Of a stretch of DNA of 36,681 bases, positions 7,345-16,178 are shown piece after piece (the first letter of the stretch is position 1; each line of letters starts with the position of its first letter). This DNA comes from Kiritimatiellia bacterium. Its GTDB lineage: Bacteria > Verrucomicrobiota > Kiritimatiellia > RFP12 > UBA1067. Below the pieces are notes generated by a model. That model was not told where the DNA came from, ran no database searches, and was given only the letters and a program-made list of their open reading frames with translations. A program made the translations under genes and the position numbers. The stretch lies in NCBI GenBank assembly GCA_017508315.1, contig JAFVZE010000299.1, positions 1 through 36,681 on the forward strand. Reading direction: 5' to 3'.

Positions 7345-10029
7345 ATGGATAAGCACTACGACGCTAAGGCCGCGGAGGCCAAATGGTATCCCTTCTGGGA
7401 GAAGAACGGTTGTTTTCACGACGAACCCGGCGAGGGTACGCCCTACAGCGTGGTCATTCCGCCGCCGAACGTGACGGGTATTCTGCACATGGGGCACGCG
7501 CTCAACCAGACGATTCAGGATATTCTCGTGCGCTGGCGGCGCATGCAGGGCCGCAATACCCTGTGGCTTCCCGGTACCGACCACGCCGGCATCGCCACGC
7601 AGAACGTGGTCGAAAAAACGCTCAAGAAGGAAGGCAAGCGCCGTCAGGATCTCGGGCGCGAGGCGTTTTTGGAGCGCGTCTGGCAGTGGAAGGAGCAGTA
7701 CGGCGGCACGATCGTCCATCAGCAGCGCATGCTCGGCAACTCCACCGACTGGGCGCGCGAGCGTTTCACTTTCGACGAAGGATGTTCCAAGGCTGTAGTC
7801 AAGGTCTTCAAACGGCTTTTCGACGAAGGGCTTGTCTACAAGGGCAACTACATCGTCAACTGGTGCCCCAGGTGCGGCACGGCGCTCGCCAACGACGAAG
7901 TCGAGCACGAGCCCAACCACGGCCATTTCTGGTATGTTCGCTATCCGGTCGTCGGATCCGGGAAGGGTGTCGCCGGCGAGCCTTACGCCGACTATGTGAT
8001 GGTCGCGACGACGCGCCCCGAAACCCTCCCCGGCGATACGGCCGTCGCCGTCAACCCGAAGGACGAACGCTACGCGCATCTTGTCGGAAAGAACGTGATT
8101 CTGCCGCTCACGGGCCGCGAGATTCCCGTCGTCGCCGACGATTACGTCGATCGCGAATTCGGTACGGGCATCGTCAAGATCACTCCCGCGCACGATCCGA
8201 ACGACTTCCTCGTGGGCAAGCGCCACGGTCTTGAAGAGATCAACATCATGAACGGCGACGGCACGATGAACGAGCTCGCCGGCGAAAAGTATGTCGGCAT
8301 GGACCGTTTCAAATGCCGCGAGGCGATCGTCGCCGATCTGGAGGCGGGCGGATATCTCGACCACATCGAAGATCTCGACAATCAGGTCGGCCACTGCTAC
8401 CGCTGCCACGAGGTCGTCGAATCGCGTCTTTCCAAACAGTGGTTCGTGAAGATGAAACCGCTCGCCGAACCGGCCATCGCCGCCGTGAAGTCGGGCGAGG
8501 TGAAGTTCGTCCCCGAGCGCTGGTCGAAGATATATTTCAACTGGATGGAGAACATTCAGGACTGGTGCATTTCGCGCCAGCTCTGGTGGGGGCACAGGAT
8601 TCCGGCATATTATCTGCGCACCGCGGACGGCGGTATCGACGAGGAGTCGGTATTCGTCGCCGAGAGCGCGGAGGAGGCGCTGGAGATGGCGAAGGCGAAG
8701 ACCGGCAACGCCGCGCTCGCCGCCGCCGATCTCGTTCAGGACGAGGACGTTCTCGATACGTGGTTCAGTTCCTGGCTCTGGCCGTTCTCGACCTTGGGCT
8801 GGCCGGAGAAGACGAAGGATCTCGAATACTACTATCCGACGGCTGATCTGGTTACGGCGCAGGACATCATTTTCTTCTGGGTCGCCAGAATGATGATGGC
8901 GGGCATCCATTTCATGGGCCGGCCGCCGTTCAGAAACATCGTCATCCACGGTATCGTCCGCGCCGCCGACGGTTCGAAAATGTCGAAGTCAAAGGGCAAT
9001 TCGCTCGACCCTCTGGAACTCATCGACATGTATTCGGCCGACGCGCTCCGCTTCTCGATCGCGCTTATAACATCGCTCGACTGCGACACCAAGGTCAACA
9101 AGGAAAAGTTCGAGATCGGGCGCAACTTCACGACGAAGATATGGAACGCCGCGCGCTTCCTGGAGATGAACACTCCGGCGGAGGGATTCGGTGAAATCGC
9201 CGGCGAGCTCACCGCCGACGAGAAGCATATTCTCATGGCGACCGACAAGGCCTGCCGCAGAATGTCGGAGATTCTCGAAAACTACCGCATTCAGGACGGT
9301 GCGCTCGCCGTATACGATTTCTTCTGGCGGCAGATCTGCGACTGGTACGTCGAATACGCCAAGGATGCGCCCGACAGGAACCGCGCGTTCGCGATTCTGC
9401 GCGACGTCTTCTACAAGGCGCTGAGGCTCCTGCATCCGTATATGCCGTTCGTCACCGAGGAGGTCGCCCATCAGCTCGGCTATCTCAAGGACGGCGAGAC
9501 GATCATGCGTCAGGAATATCCCGCCGGTTACTCCGAGGCGGAGAAAGCGGCGTGGGGGCTGTCGGACGAGGTGTACGATTTCGTCGAGAGGAAGCGCGAG
9601 GCGATTACGGCTCTTCGCGCGCTCAGAGCCGAATACAAGGTGCCCCCGGCGACCTTCGTCAAGGTGACTATCGCAACCGGCGACGAGCGCGCCTCCGGCG
9701 AGGTCGAATCGCTCAAAAAAGCGATGCGCGCCGAGACGGTGGAGTTCGCTTCGGCGGACAGCGATCTTGCGATGCCCTCGAAGCTTACGGCGTTCGGTAC
9801 GGTATACTTAAGCCTTGAAGGTCTTGTCGACAAGGCGGCGGAGTCGAAGCGCATCGCCGGAGAGCTCGCGAAGCTCGCCGGTTTCATCAGATCGTCAGAG
9901 GCGAAGCTCGCCAACAAGGCGTTCGTCGATCACGCTCCGGCGGCGATCGTCGAAGAGGCGCGGCGCAAGCTTGAGGAGAACCGCGCCAAGGTCGCCCAGC
10001 TTGAGAAACTCGCGAAACTTTTCGCCTGA
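7345..10029 (+). CDS. valS: Valine--tRNA ligase
   Basis: Start taken at MDKHYDAKAAEAKWYPFWE. HIGH motif PPPNVTGILHMGHA and KMSKS motif KMSKSKGN are present, with a C-terminal coiled-coil tail. Confidence 0.95.
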   Translation: MDKHYDAKAAEAKWYPFWEKNGCFHDEPGEGTPYSVVIPPPNVTGILHMGHALNQTIQDILVRWRRMQGRNTLWLPGTDHAGIATQNVVEKTLKKEGKRRQDLGREAFLERVWQWKEQYGGTIVHQQRMLGNSTDWARERFTFDEGCSKAVVKVFKRLFDEGLVYKGNYIVNWCPRCGTALANDEVEHEPNHGHFWYVRYPVVGSGKGVAGEPYADYVMVATTRPETLPGDTAVAVNPKDERYAHLVGKNVILPLTGREIPVVADDYVDREFGTGIVKITPAHDPNDFLVGKRHGLEEINIMNGDGTMNELAGEKYVGMDRFKCREAIVADLEAGGYLDHIEDLDNQVGHCYRCHEVVESRLSKQWFVKMKPLAEPAIAAVKSGEVKFVPERWSKIYFNWMENIQDWCISRQLWWGHRIPAYYLRTADGGIDEESVFVAESAEEALEMAKAKTGNAALAAADLVQDEDVLDTWFSSWLWPFSTLGWPEKTKDLEYYYPTADLVTAQDIIFFWVARMMMAGIHFMGRPPFRNIVIHGIVRAADGSKMSKSKGNSLDPLELIDMYSADALRFSIALITSLDCDTKVNKEKFEIGRNFTTKIWNAARFLEMNTPAEGFGEIAGELTADEKHILMATDKACRRMSEILENYRIQDGALAVYDFFWRQICDWYVEYAKDAPDRNRAFAILRDVFYKALRLLHPYMPFVTEEVAHQLGYLKDGETIMRQEYPAGYSEAEKAAWGLSDEVYDFVERKREAITALRALRAEYKVPPATFVKVTIATGDERASGEVESLKKAMRAETVEFASADSDLAMPSKLTAFGTVYLSLEGLVDKAAESKRIAGELAKLAGFIRSSEAKLANKAFVDHAPAAIVEEARRKLEENRAKVAQLEKLAKLFA

Positions 10030-10045
10030 AAATTAAGGAGTTGCG

Positions 10046-10960
10046 ATGAACGGCGGTTGGATTGATCTTCAGATAAACGGATACGGCGGGGTCAACTTCA
10101 ACGCGCCGGGATTGACCGTCGAGGCGGTGAAGGAGGTTACCGAGCGTCTTGAGCGCGACGGAACCTCCGGCTATCTGCCCACGCTCGTCACGCTCGATCC
10201 GGAGCTTCTCATCGGATCTGTGCGCACGATCGTGGCGGCGCGAAAAAAATACGCCGTCTGCGAGCGCAACATTCTCGGTTTTTTCTTCGAAGGACCGTTC
10301 ATCTCCGGTGAGCCGGGCGCCGTCGGCGCACATGCGCCGGAGTGGGTCGCCGAGCCTTCGAAGGAGCTTTTCGGGCGCTTTCAGGACGCCGCCGAAGGTT
10401 TGGTAAGGATGGTCAACGTCGCGGCGGAAAAGCCGGGAATGCCCGAGTTCGTGAAATACCTCTCCGAAAGCGGGGTGACCGTTACGATGGGGCATCAGAT
10501 GGCGAAATCCCCGGCCGATGTGGAATCCTGCATTCAGGCGGGGGCCAAGGCCTTCACTCATCTCGGCAACGGTCTGCCCAACGAGATCAACCGCCACGAG
10601 AACGCGATTTTTACGGCGCTTGCCGACGACCGCGTGAGCGTGATGTTCATCCCCGACGGCTTCCATCTGCCCGATACTCTGCTCAAGATTTATCTCAGGG
10701 CCGTTCCCTTGAAGCGGCTTGTCGCGGTTTCCGATTCGCAGTACCCGGCCGGGATGCCGCCGGGCGTTTATCCAGTGGGCGGACTGGACGCCGTGCTGGA
10801 GCCGAGCGGACTTTTGTGGTATCCGCCGCGCAAGTGTCTTGTCGGGGCGACGATGCCGATCGCAAAGACAATGGAAATTCTTTCGGAACGCGTCGGCGCC
10901 ACGCCGGAGGAGTGCCGCGCGATCGGGCGCGACAATCCGCTCGCGCTCATCGGAATGTAA
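10046..10960 (+). CDS. nagA: N-acetylglucosamine-6-phosphate deacetylase-like amidohydrolase (barrel-only form)
   Basis: GWIDLQINGYGGVNFN, YLPTLVT, FFFEGPF, GHQMA, THLGNG and AVSDSQ align by eye with E. coli NagA GFIDVQLNGCGGVQFN, YLPTLIT, LHLEGPW, GHSNA, THLYNA and LVTDAT. AAGGAG Shine-Dalgarno upstream. Confidence 0.75.
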   Translation: MNGGWIDLQINGYGGVNFNAPGLTVEAVKEVTERLERDGTSGYLPTLVTLDPELLIGSVRTIVAARKKYAVCERNILGFFFEGPFISGEPGAVGAHAPEWVAEPSKELFGRFQDAAEGLVRMVNVAAEKPGMPEFVKYLSESGVTVTMGHQMAKSPADVESCIQAGAKAFTHLGNGLPNEINRHENAIFTALADDRVSVMFIPDGFHLPDTLLKIYLRAVPLKRLVAVSDSQYPAGMPPGVYPVGGLDAVLEPSGLLWYPPRKCLVGATMPIAKTMEILSERVGATPEECRAIGRDNPLALIGM

Positions 10961-10977
10961 AACACGGGAGAGATGTT

Positions 10978-12498
10978 ATGATTCAGAAAAGTCTCGCGCT
11001 CGCCGATTACGCCGTCATCGTCGCGTTTTTCGCGGTGATGATCGGGGTCGGGGTGTATTACAGCCGCAGGTCGAAGTCTTCCGACCAGTTTTTCGGCAAC
11101 GACAAAACCGTTCCCTGGTGGCTTTCCGGCGTGAGCTTTTACATGAACAGCTTTTCGGCGCTCGCCTTCGTCATGTATTCGGCGCTCGCCTACAAGTTCG
11201 GCTGGGTGCCGGTTACCGTGAGCTGGCTTTCGGTGCCGGCGGTTCTTTTGGGGGCGTGGTTTCTCGCTGTGCGGTGGCGGAGAGCGGCGAAGGGCAGCCC
11301 CATCGACTACATCGCCTCGCGCTATACCCCGGGGATGTGCCGCACGCTCGCGATTCTCGGGCTCCCCATGCAGCTTCTCGACAATGCCCTCAAGCTTCTG
11401 GCGATCGGCACCGTGGTAGGCGTGGGGATGGGATTTCCGCTTTTCTGGTCGATCTGCCTTTCCGGTGTCATCATTGTTCTCTACACTTTTCTGGGCGGAC
11501 TCAAGGCGACGCTCACCTGCGACTTCATTCAGTTCCTGATCATTCTCGCGGTAGTCTTCACTCTGCCGTTCATGTGCCTCGAACGGCTGGCCGATTCCGG
11601 CGGCGGCGAAGGGCTCATGTTCGGAATGAAGACTTTCTTTGAAAAGGTGCCGGTCGGATTTTTCGATTTCACCGCCGGAAAGTACACCTGGGTGTATATG
11701 CTCGTATTTTTCTGCGCGGTAGGCTCCACGCTCTCGACCAACTGGTCGCTCGTGCAGCGTTACTATTCAACCAAGAGCGAGCGCGACGCGAAGAAGATGG
11801 CGTATCTCGTCGCGGCGCTGCTTTTCGTCGGCCCGCCGCTGTTTTTCTTTCCGGCGATGGCGGCGCGGATTTTCATCCCGGACATTCCCGAAGCGGAGAT
11901 GAACGGCGTTTACGCGATCGTGTGCAAATCGGTTCTCCCCGTCGGCATGGTCGGCATGGTCATCGCCGCGATGTTCTCGGCGACCATGAGTTCGCTCGCC
12001 GGCAACTTCAACGCCGTCGCGGCGGTCATCGTCAATGAGCTGTACCTCAAACTCGACCGCACGGCAAGCGCGGCGCGTCGTATGATCGCCGCGCGTCTCG
12101 CGACGATTCTGACCGGCGGCGCGGTGGTGGCGCTCACGTTCGTCATGCAGTACGCGCAGGGGGCGGACGATCTTTTCAATCTTTCCAACAAGGTCTTCGG
12201 CGTGTTTCTGCCGCCCATCGCGATTCCGATGCTCGCGGGCATCTTCGTTCGCCGGCTTTCCAGACGCTCGGGGATGGTCGCTCTCGTCGGCGGTATAGCC
12301 GTCGGGCTTTGCGTGTTCTTCATCGGCGGGATCAGGGAGTATTCGTATCTGCGCGAGATGATCTGGGTGTTTCCGATAACCGCGGCGTCGACGGCCGTTT
12401 TGCTCGTTGCCGGAACGAAAATCTTCCCGGACAAGGACGATGAGCGCGCCGAGGTCGACGGATTTTTCGACCGGATCGAAGGAAAGGCGGGAAAGTGA
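10978..12498 (+). CDS. Sodium:solute symporter (SSS) family transporter
   Basis: Start at MIQKSLALADYAVIVAFF, preceded by a GGGAGAG Shine-Dalgarno. About 13 hydrophobic helices. The longer upstream ORF extension overlaps nagA. Confidence 0.75.
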   Translation: MIQKSLALADYAVIVAFFAVMIGVGVYYSRRSKSSDQFFGNDKTVPWWLSGVSFYMNSFSALAFVMYSALAYKFGWVPVTVSWLSVPAVLLGAWFLAVRWRRAAKGSPIDYIASRYTPGMCRTLAILGLPMQLLDNALKLLAIGTVVGVGMGFPLFWSICLSGVIIVLYTFLGGLKATLTCDFIQFLIILAVVFTLPFMCLERLADSGGGEGLMFGMKTFFEKVPVGFFDFTAGKYTWVYMLVFFCAVGSTLSTNWSLVQRYYSTKSERDAKKMAYLVAALLFVGPPLFFFPAMAARIFIPDIPEAEMNGVYAIVCKSVLPVGMVGMVIAAMFSATMSSLAGNFNAVAAVIVNELYLKLDRTASAARRMIAARLATILTGGAVVALTFVMQYAQGADDLFNLSNKVFGVFLPPIAIPMLAGIFVRRLSRRSGMVALVGGIAVGLCVFFIGGIREYSYLREMIWVFPITAASTAVLLVAGTKIFPDKDDERAEVDGFFDRIEGKAGK

Positions 12499-13178
12499 TG
12501 GCAAATGTGATTGCGGTCGACGGCCCTTCGGGGGCCGGCAAGTCGTCGGTGTCGAGGATCGTCGGCAAGCGCTTGGGATATTTGCATGTCGACTCCGGGG
12601 CGCTGTACCGGATAATGACATGGCGGTGCCTTGAGTGCGGTGTCGATACGGACGATGAAGCGGCGGTTGCCGCTTTCGCCGGCGGGGTGGAGATCGAATG
12701 CCGCGTCGAGGACGGGCACATCGCCTACTATGTCGGCGGCGAGGCTCCCGGCGAGAGGATCCGCACTCCGCAGATCAACGCCCACGCCTCGAAAGTCGCC
12801 AAAGTCAAGGAGGTGCGCGACTGCATAACCGCACTCCTGCGCGGCATGTCCGGGTACGGCAATCTGATAATCGAAGGCCGCGACATCACTTCGGCGGTTT
12901 TCCCGGATTCGCCGGCCCGGTTCTATCTGACAGCTTCCGCCGAGGCGCGGGCGCGCCGCCGCCGGAAGGAAGAAGTGGAAAAAGGCATCGCCAACCAGAG
13001 CGAAGAGGCCGTCAAAGCGTCGCTTCTGGCGCGCGACGCCATCGATTCGACGCGCAAGCACGCGCCGCTTGTGAAGGTCGACGGGGTCGTGGAGATCGAT
13101 TCGAGCGACATGACGCTCGAAGAGGTCGTTCAGGCGGTGGTGGACGCGCTTCCCGAAGGCTGGAAGGCGGCGGAGTAG
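12495..13178 (+). CDS. cmk: Cytidylate kinase
   Basis: IAVDGPSGAGKSSVSR P-loop, then LGYLHVDSGALYR. The start may be GTG 12495 or ATG 12498, and it overlaps the symporter stop. Confidence 0.9.
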   Translation: MMANVIAVDGPSGAGKSSVSRIVGKRLGYLHVDSGALYRIMTWRCLECGVDTDDEAAVAAFAGGVEIECRVEDGHIAYYVGGEAPGERIRTPQINAHASKVAKVKEVRDCITALLRGMSGYGNLIIEGRDITSAVFPDSPARFYLTASAEARARRRRKEEVEKGIANQSEEAVKASLLARDAIDSTRKHAPLVKVDGVVEIDSSDMTLEEVVQAVVDALPEGWKAAE

Positions 13179-13184
13179 GCGGCG

Positions 13185-13472
13185 ATGGACTGGTGCAGCG
13201 AAACCGCCGATGGCGTTGTTTTGAGCGTCAGAGCCAAGCCGCGTTCTTCCCGTGCGGGCATCGACGGCTTTATGGGCGATGCGCTCGTGGTGCGAATCCG
13301 CTGCGCACCGGTCGACGGCAAGGCCAACAAGGAGCTCGTCGAGACTTTGGCCGATGAATTTTCGGTTCCCAAATCAAGGGTCGAGTTCAGGTCCGGTGAA
13401 TCTTCGAAATCCAAGCGCATATTGCTCAAGGGGGTGGATCTTGCGGTGGTCAAAGCCAAAATCGGAATGTGA
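13185..13472 (+). CDS. yggU: DUF167 / YggU-family protein
   Basis: VRAKPRSSR...VRI.APVDGKANKELVETLADEFSVPKSRVEFRSGESSKSKRILLKG matches the YggU signature. Confidence 0.8.
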   Translation: MDWCSETADGVVLSVRAKPRSSRAGIDGFMGDALVVRIRCAPVDGKANKELVETLADEFSVPKSRVEFRSGESSKSKRILLKGVDLAVVKAKIGM

Positions 13473-13482
13473 TGTCGCCGAG

Positions 13483-14109
13483 GTGCGGCTTCCGAGATTC
13501 GTAGTCACCGCCGGTCCCACGCGCGAACATCTCGATCCGGTGCGCTTCCTCTCCAACCCGAGCACCGGCAAGATGGGTTTCGCCGTCGCGGCGGAGGCCG
13601 CCGGGCGCGGATGCGAGACGATTCTGGTTTCGGGACCGGTCGCGCTGAAAACTCCGGCGGGGGTAAAGCGCGTCGATGTCGTTTCCGCCCGCGAAATGTG
13701 CGCGGCGGTCAAGGAGGCCGTGAAGGGCGCTCCGGCGGTGCTCGTCGCGACGGCGGCGGTCGCGGACTGGCGGCCGGCAGAATGCGCGGGGCGGAAACTC
13801 AAGAAAAGGGAAATGTCCGGCACGCTCCGGCTCGTGCGCAATCCCGACATCCTCAAGACGGTAAAAGGAGTGCGCAAGATCGGTTTTGCCGCGGAGACCG
13901 GTGCGCCGGAGCGCGAGGCGGCGCGCAAGTGCCGGGAAAAGAAGCTGGAGTTCGTCGTCGCCAACGACGTGACCGAAAAAGGGGCTGGCTTCGGGTGCGA
14001 CACCAACCGCGTGAAGTTCGTGTTCCCGGACGGCGGCGTCAGGGAGTTTCCGCTCATGAGCAAGCGTCTTGTCGCCAGAAGGATCGTCGATGAAGTGCTT
14101 CGTGCTTAA
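13483..14109 (+). CDS. coaB: Phosphopantothenate--cysteine ligase (stand-alone CoaB domain)
   Basis: VVTAGPTREHLDPVRFLSNPSTGKMGFAVA motif. There is no in-frame ATG near the domain start. GTG 13483 was chosen; TTG 13441 is the alternative. Confidence 0.75.
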   Translation: MRLPRFVVTAGPTREHLDPVRFLSNPSTGKMGFAVAAEAAGRGCETILVSGPVALKTPAGVKRVDVVSAREMCAAVKEAVKGAPAVLVATAAVADWRPAECAGRKLKKREMSGTLRLVRNPDILKTVKGVRKIGFAAETGAPEREAARKCREKKLEFVVANDVTEKGAGFGCDTNRVKFVFPDGGVREFPLMSKRLVARRIVDEVLRA

Positions 14110-14764
14110 CGGCTGGGCGGCGAGCGAGCGGGCGTGGGATCTCTGCAAATTCGGCCGCGACCGGATTTTCTCCTACATCGAGCAGCTTGACGGGCTTGCG
14201 GAAAAGGAACTCACCGCCTGCGAGGGCGCGGTTCTGGTGGGCTGGTCGATGGGCGGTTCGACCGCGCTGCGCCTTGCGCTGGATCATCCCGGCAAAATCC
14301 GGGGACTCGTGCTGGTCGCGGCCACTCCCAGAATGATGGAGGAGCGCGAAAGCGGCTGGAAGGGAATGTCGATGCGGCGTCTGGAAGCGTTGCGCCGCGG
14401 AGTGGAACTGACGCACGGAGAGGGGTTTTTCGGAACTCCCGAGGGACGGCCGAACCCGTACATGGCCGACTGCGACGAGAACCTCCGCCGCGGCCTTAAA
14501 TATCTTTATGAAACCGATCTGCGCGACCGGCTGACGGCGGTCGCGCCGTTGGACATCCCGGCGGCGATATTTCAGGCCGAGCGCGACGGGATAGTGCGCG
14601 CGTCGAACGCGGAATTTCTCGCCGGATTGTTTTCGGGACGCGAACTTGTAACGGTTCCGGGAGCAGAGCATGCTCTGCCGGTCGAGATTCCCGGACTCAT
14701 CGACGAGGCGGTGGCGAAGATAAAAGCCGAAATTTCCGAATTTGATATAATATCCGCCAAATGA
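14090..14764 (+). CDS. Alpha/beta hydrolase, BioH-like carboxylesterase
   Basis: Nucleophile elbow GWSMGG, LVLVAATPRM, and a C-terminal GAEHALP His motif. The start MKCFVLNGW overlaps coaB by 20 nt. Confidence 0.6.
   Translation: MKCFVLNGWAASERAWDLCKFGRDRIFSYIEQLDGLAEKELTACEGAVLVGWSMGGSTALRLALDHPGKIRGLVLVAATPRMMEERESGWKGMSMRRLEALRRGVELTHGEGFFGTPEGRPNPYMADCDENLRRGLKYLYETDLRDRLTAVAPLDIPAAIFQAERDGIVRASNAEFLAGLFSGRELVTVPGAEHALPVEIPGLIDEAVAKIKAEISEFDIISAK
14743..14751 (+). promoter_or_regulatory. Extended -10 box TGATATAAT, 9 nt upstream of the der ATG
   Basis: Exact TGnTATAAT inside the 3' end of the upstream gene. Confidence 0.4.
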
Positions 14765-16119
14765 ATGTCGTATCGTTAGTAGGACGCCCCAACACCGGCA
14801 AGAGCGCGCTTTTCAACCGTATCGCGAAAAAGCGCGTGGCTATAGTGTTTGATCAGCCCGGAGTCACCCGCGATCGTGTCACCCGCGAAGTCGAGATGTC
14901 GGGGCGCAAGGTTATGCTCGTCGACACCGGCGGCATCGCTTTCGACAAACGGGTCACCCGCGATCCGCTTGATGAGGAGACGCGCAACCAGGCCGCGCTC
15001 GCGGTGGAGGATTCGGCCGTCTGCGTGATCGTGGTGGACGCCAGAGAGGGCATAACGCCGCTCGACAGCGAAGTCATAAAGCGTGTGCGGGAGTCGGGGG
15101 TCGCCTGTATCATCGCGGCGAACAAGTGCGACAACGCCGGGGACGACTGGCGGGCCGCGGAGTTCGAGCGCTTCGGACTGCCGGTTTTCGCGACGAGCGC
15201 CGAACACGGCCGCGGGGTGGAATCGCTCATCGCCGATGTCGTGTCGAAACTGCCGCCCGCGAAGGAGGACGAATCGAAAAACCGTCCGCTCCGGGTGGCG
15301 GTGATCGGCCGGCCGAATGCGGGAAAATCCTCCTACATCAACCGTCTTCTCAATGCGCCGAGGGTGATAGTCTCCGAGATCGCCGGCACCACCCGCGATG
15401 CGGTCGAGGTTCCGTTCTCCATCGGTTCGGGGCCGGAGGCCCGGCACTACATGCTGGTGGACACCGCCGGCATGAAACAGCACACGAAGATGTCGAAGAC
15501 CTCCGTCGACAATTTCTCGCTTTTCCGCAGCGAACAGGCCATCGCCGAGGCGGATGTCGTCCTGCTGCTGCTGGATGCCAAGATGGGGCCTACGATGCAG
15601 GACAAGCGCATCGCCGGGAAAGTTCTGGAATCCCATCGCGCCTGCGTAATCCTCTGCCAGAAATGGGACCTCGCCCAGGAAGACGGCATGACCGAGACGA
15701 AGGCGCTGCCGGCGCTCCGGCAGATGATGCCGTTTCTCAATTTCGCGCCGGTCGTGTTCTGTTCCAACAAGTCCGGTTACAACATCCGCAAGACCGTCAG
15801 CGCCATCGACCGTGCGGCGGCGAGCGCGGGGATGCGCCTGCCCACGGGAATGCTGAACCGGGTGCTCGTGTCGGCGGCGAAAAAGACGCTCTCGCCGATG
15901 ATAAAAGGCAGGCGGCTGAAAATATACTACGGTCTTCAGGTTTCAACCAATCCGCAGACGATCCGGCTGTTCGTCAACGATCCCAAACTGGTCACCCCGG
16001 CGTATCTGTCGTTTCTGGAAAAGAACATCCGTGCGCGTTTCGGACTCGAGGGGGCGCCGCTGAGAATATTCCTGAAGGCCCGTTCGCGCAACTCGTCGGG
16101 TTCGGATCCTCAAGCCTGA
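14761..16119 (+). CDS. der: Ribosome-associated GTPase Der (EngA)
   Basis: Two tandem GTPase domains (GRPNTGKS and GRPNAGKS, each with DTAG/DTGG) and a KH-like C-terminus. Confidence 0.93.
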   Translation: MNVVSLVGRPNTGKSALFNRIAKKRVAIVFDQPGVTRDRVTREVEMSGRKVMLVDTGGIAFDKRVTRDPLDEETRNQAALAVEDSAVCVIVVDAREGITPLDSEVIKRVRESGVACIIAANKCDNAGDDWRAAEFERFGLPVFATSAEHGRGVESLIADVVSKLPPAKEDESKNRPLRVAVIGRPNAGKSSYINRLLNAPRVIVSEIAGTTRDAVEVPFSIGSGPEARHYMLVDTAGMKQHTKMSKTSVDNFSLFRSEQAIAEADVVLLLLDAKMGPTMQDKRIAGKVLESHRACVILCQKWDLAQEDGMTETKALPALRQMMPFLNFAPVVFCSNKSGYNIRKTVSAIDRAAASAGMRLPTGMLNRVLVSAAKKTLSPMIKGRRLKIYYGLQVSTNPQTIRLFVNDPKLVTPAYLSFLEKNIRARFGLEGAPLRIFLKARSRNSSGSDPQA

Positions 16120-16162
16120 CAATACGCCGCTCGACGTTTAAGCGCATTCAACGGCGCGGTTT

Positions 16163-16171
16163 TGGTATAAT
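16163..16171 (+). promoter_or_regulatory. Extended -10 box TGGTATAAT, 7 nt upstream of the tyrS ATG
   Basis: Exact TGnTATAAT in the 59-nt der-tyrS spacer. No Shine-Dalgarno can fit between the box and the ATG. Confidence 0.5.
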
Positions 16172-16178
16172 ACGCCGT

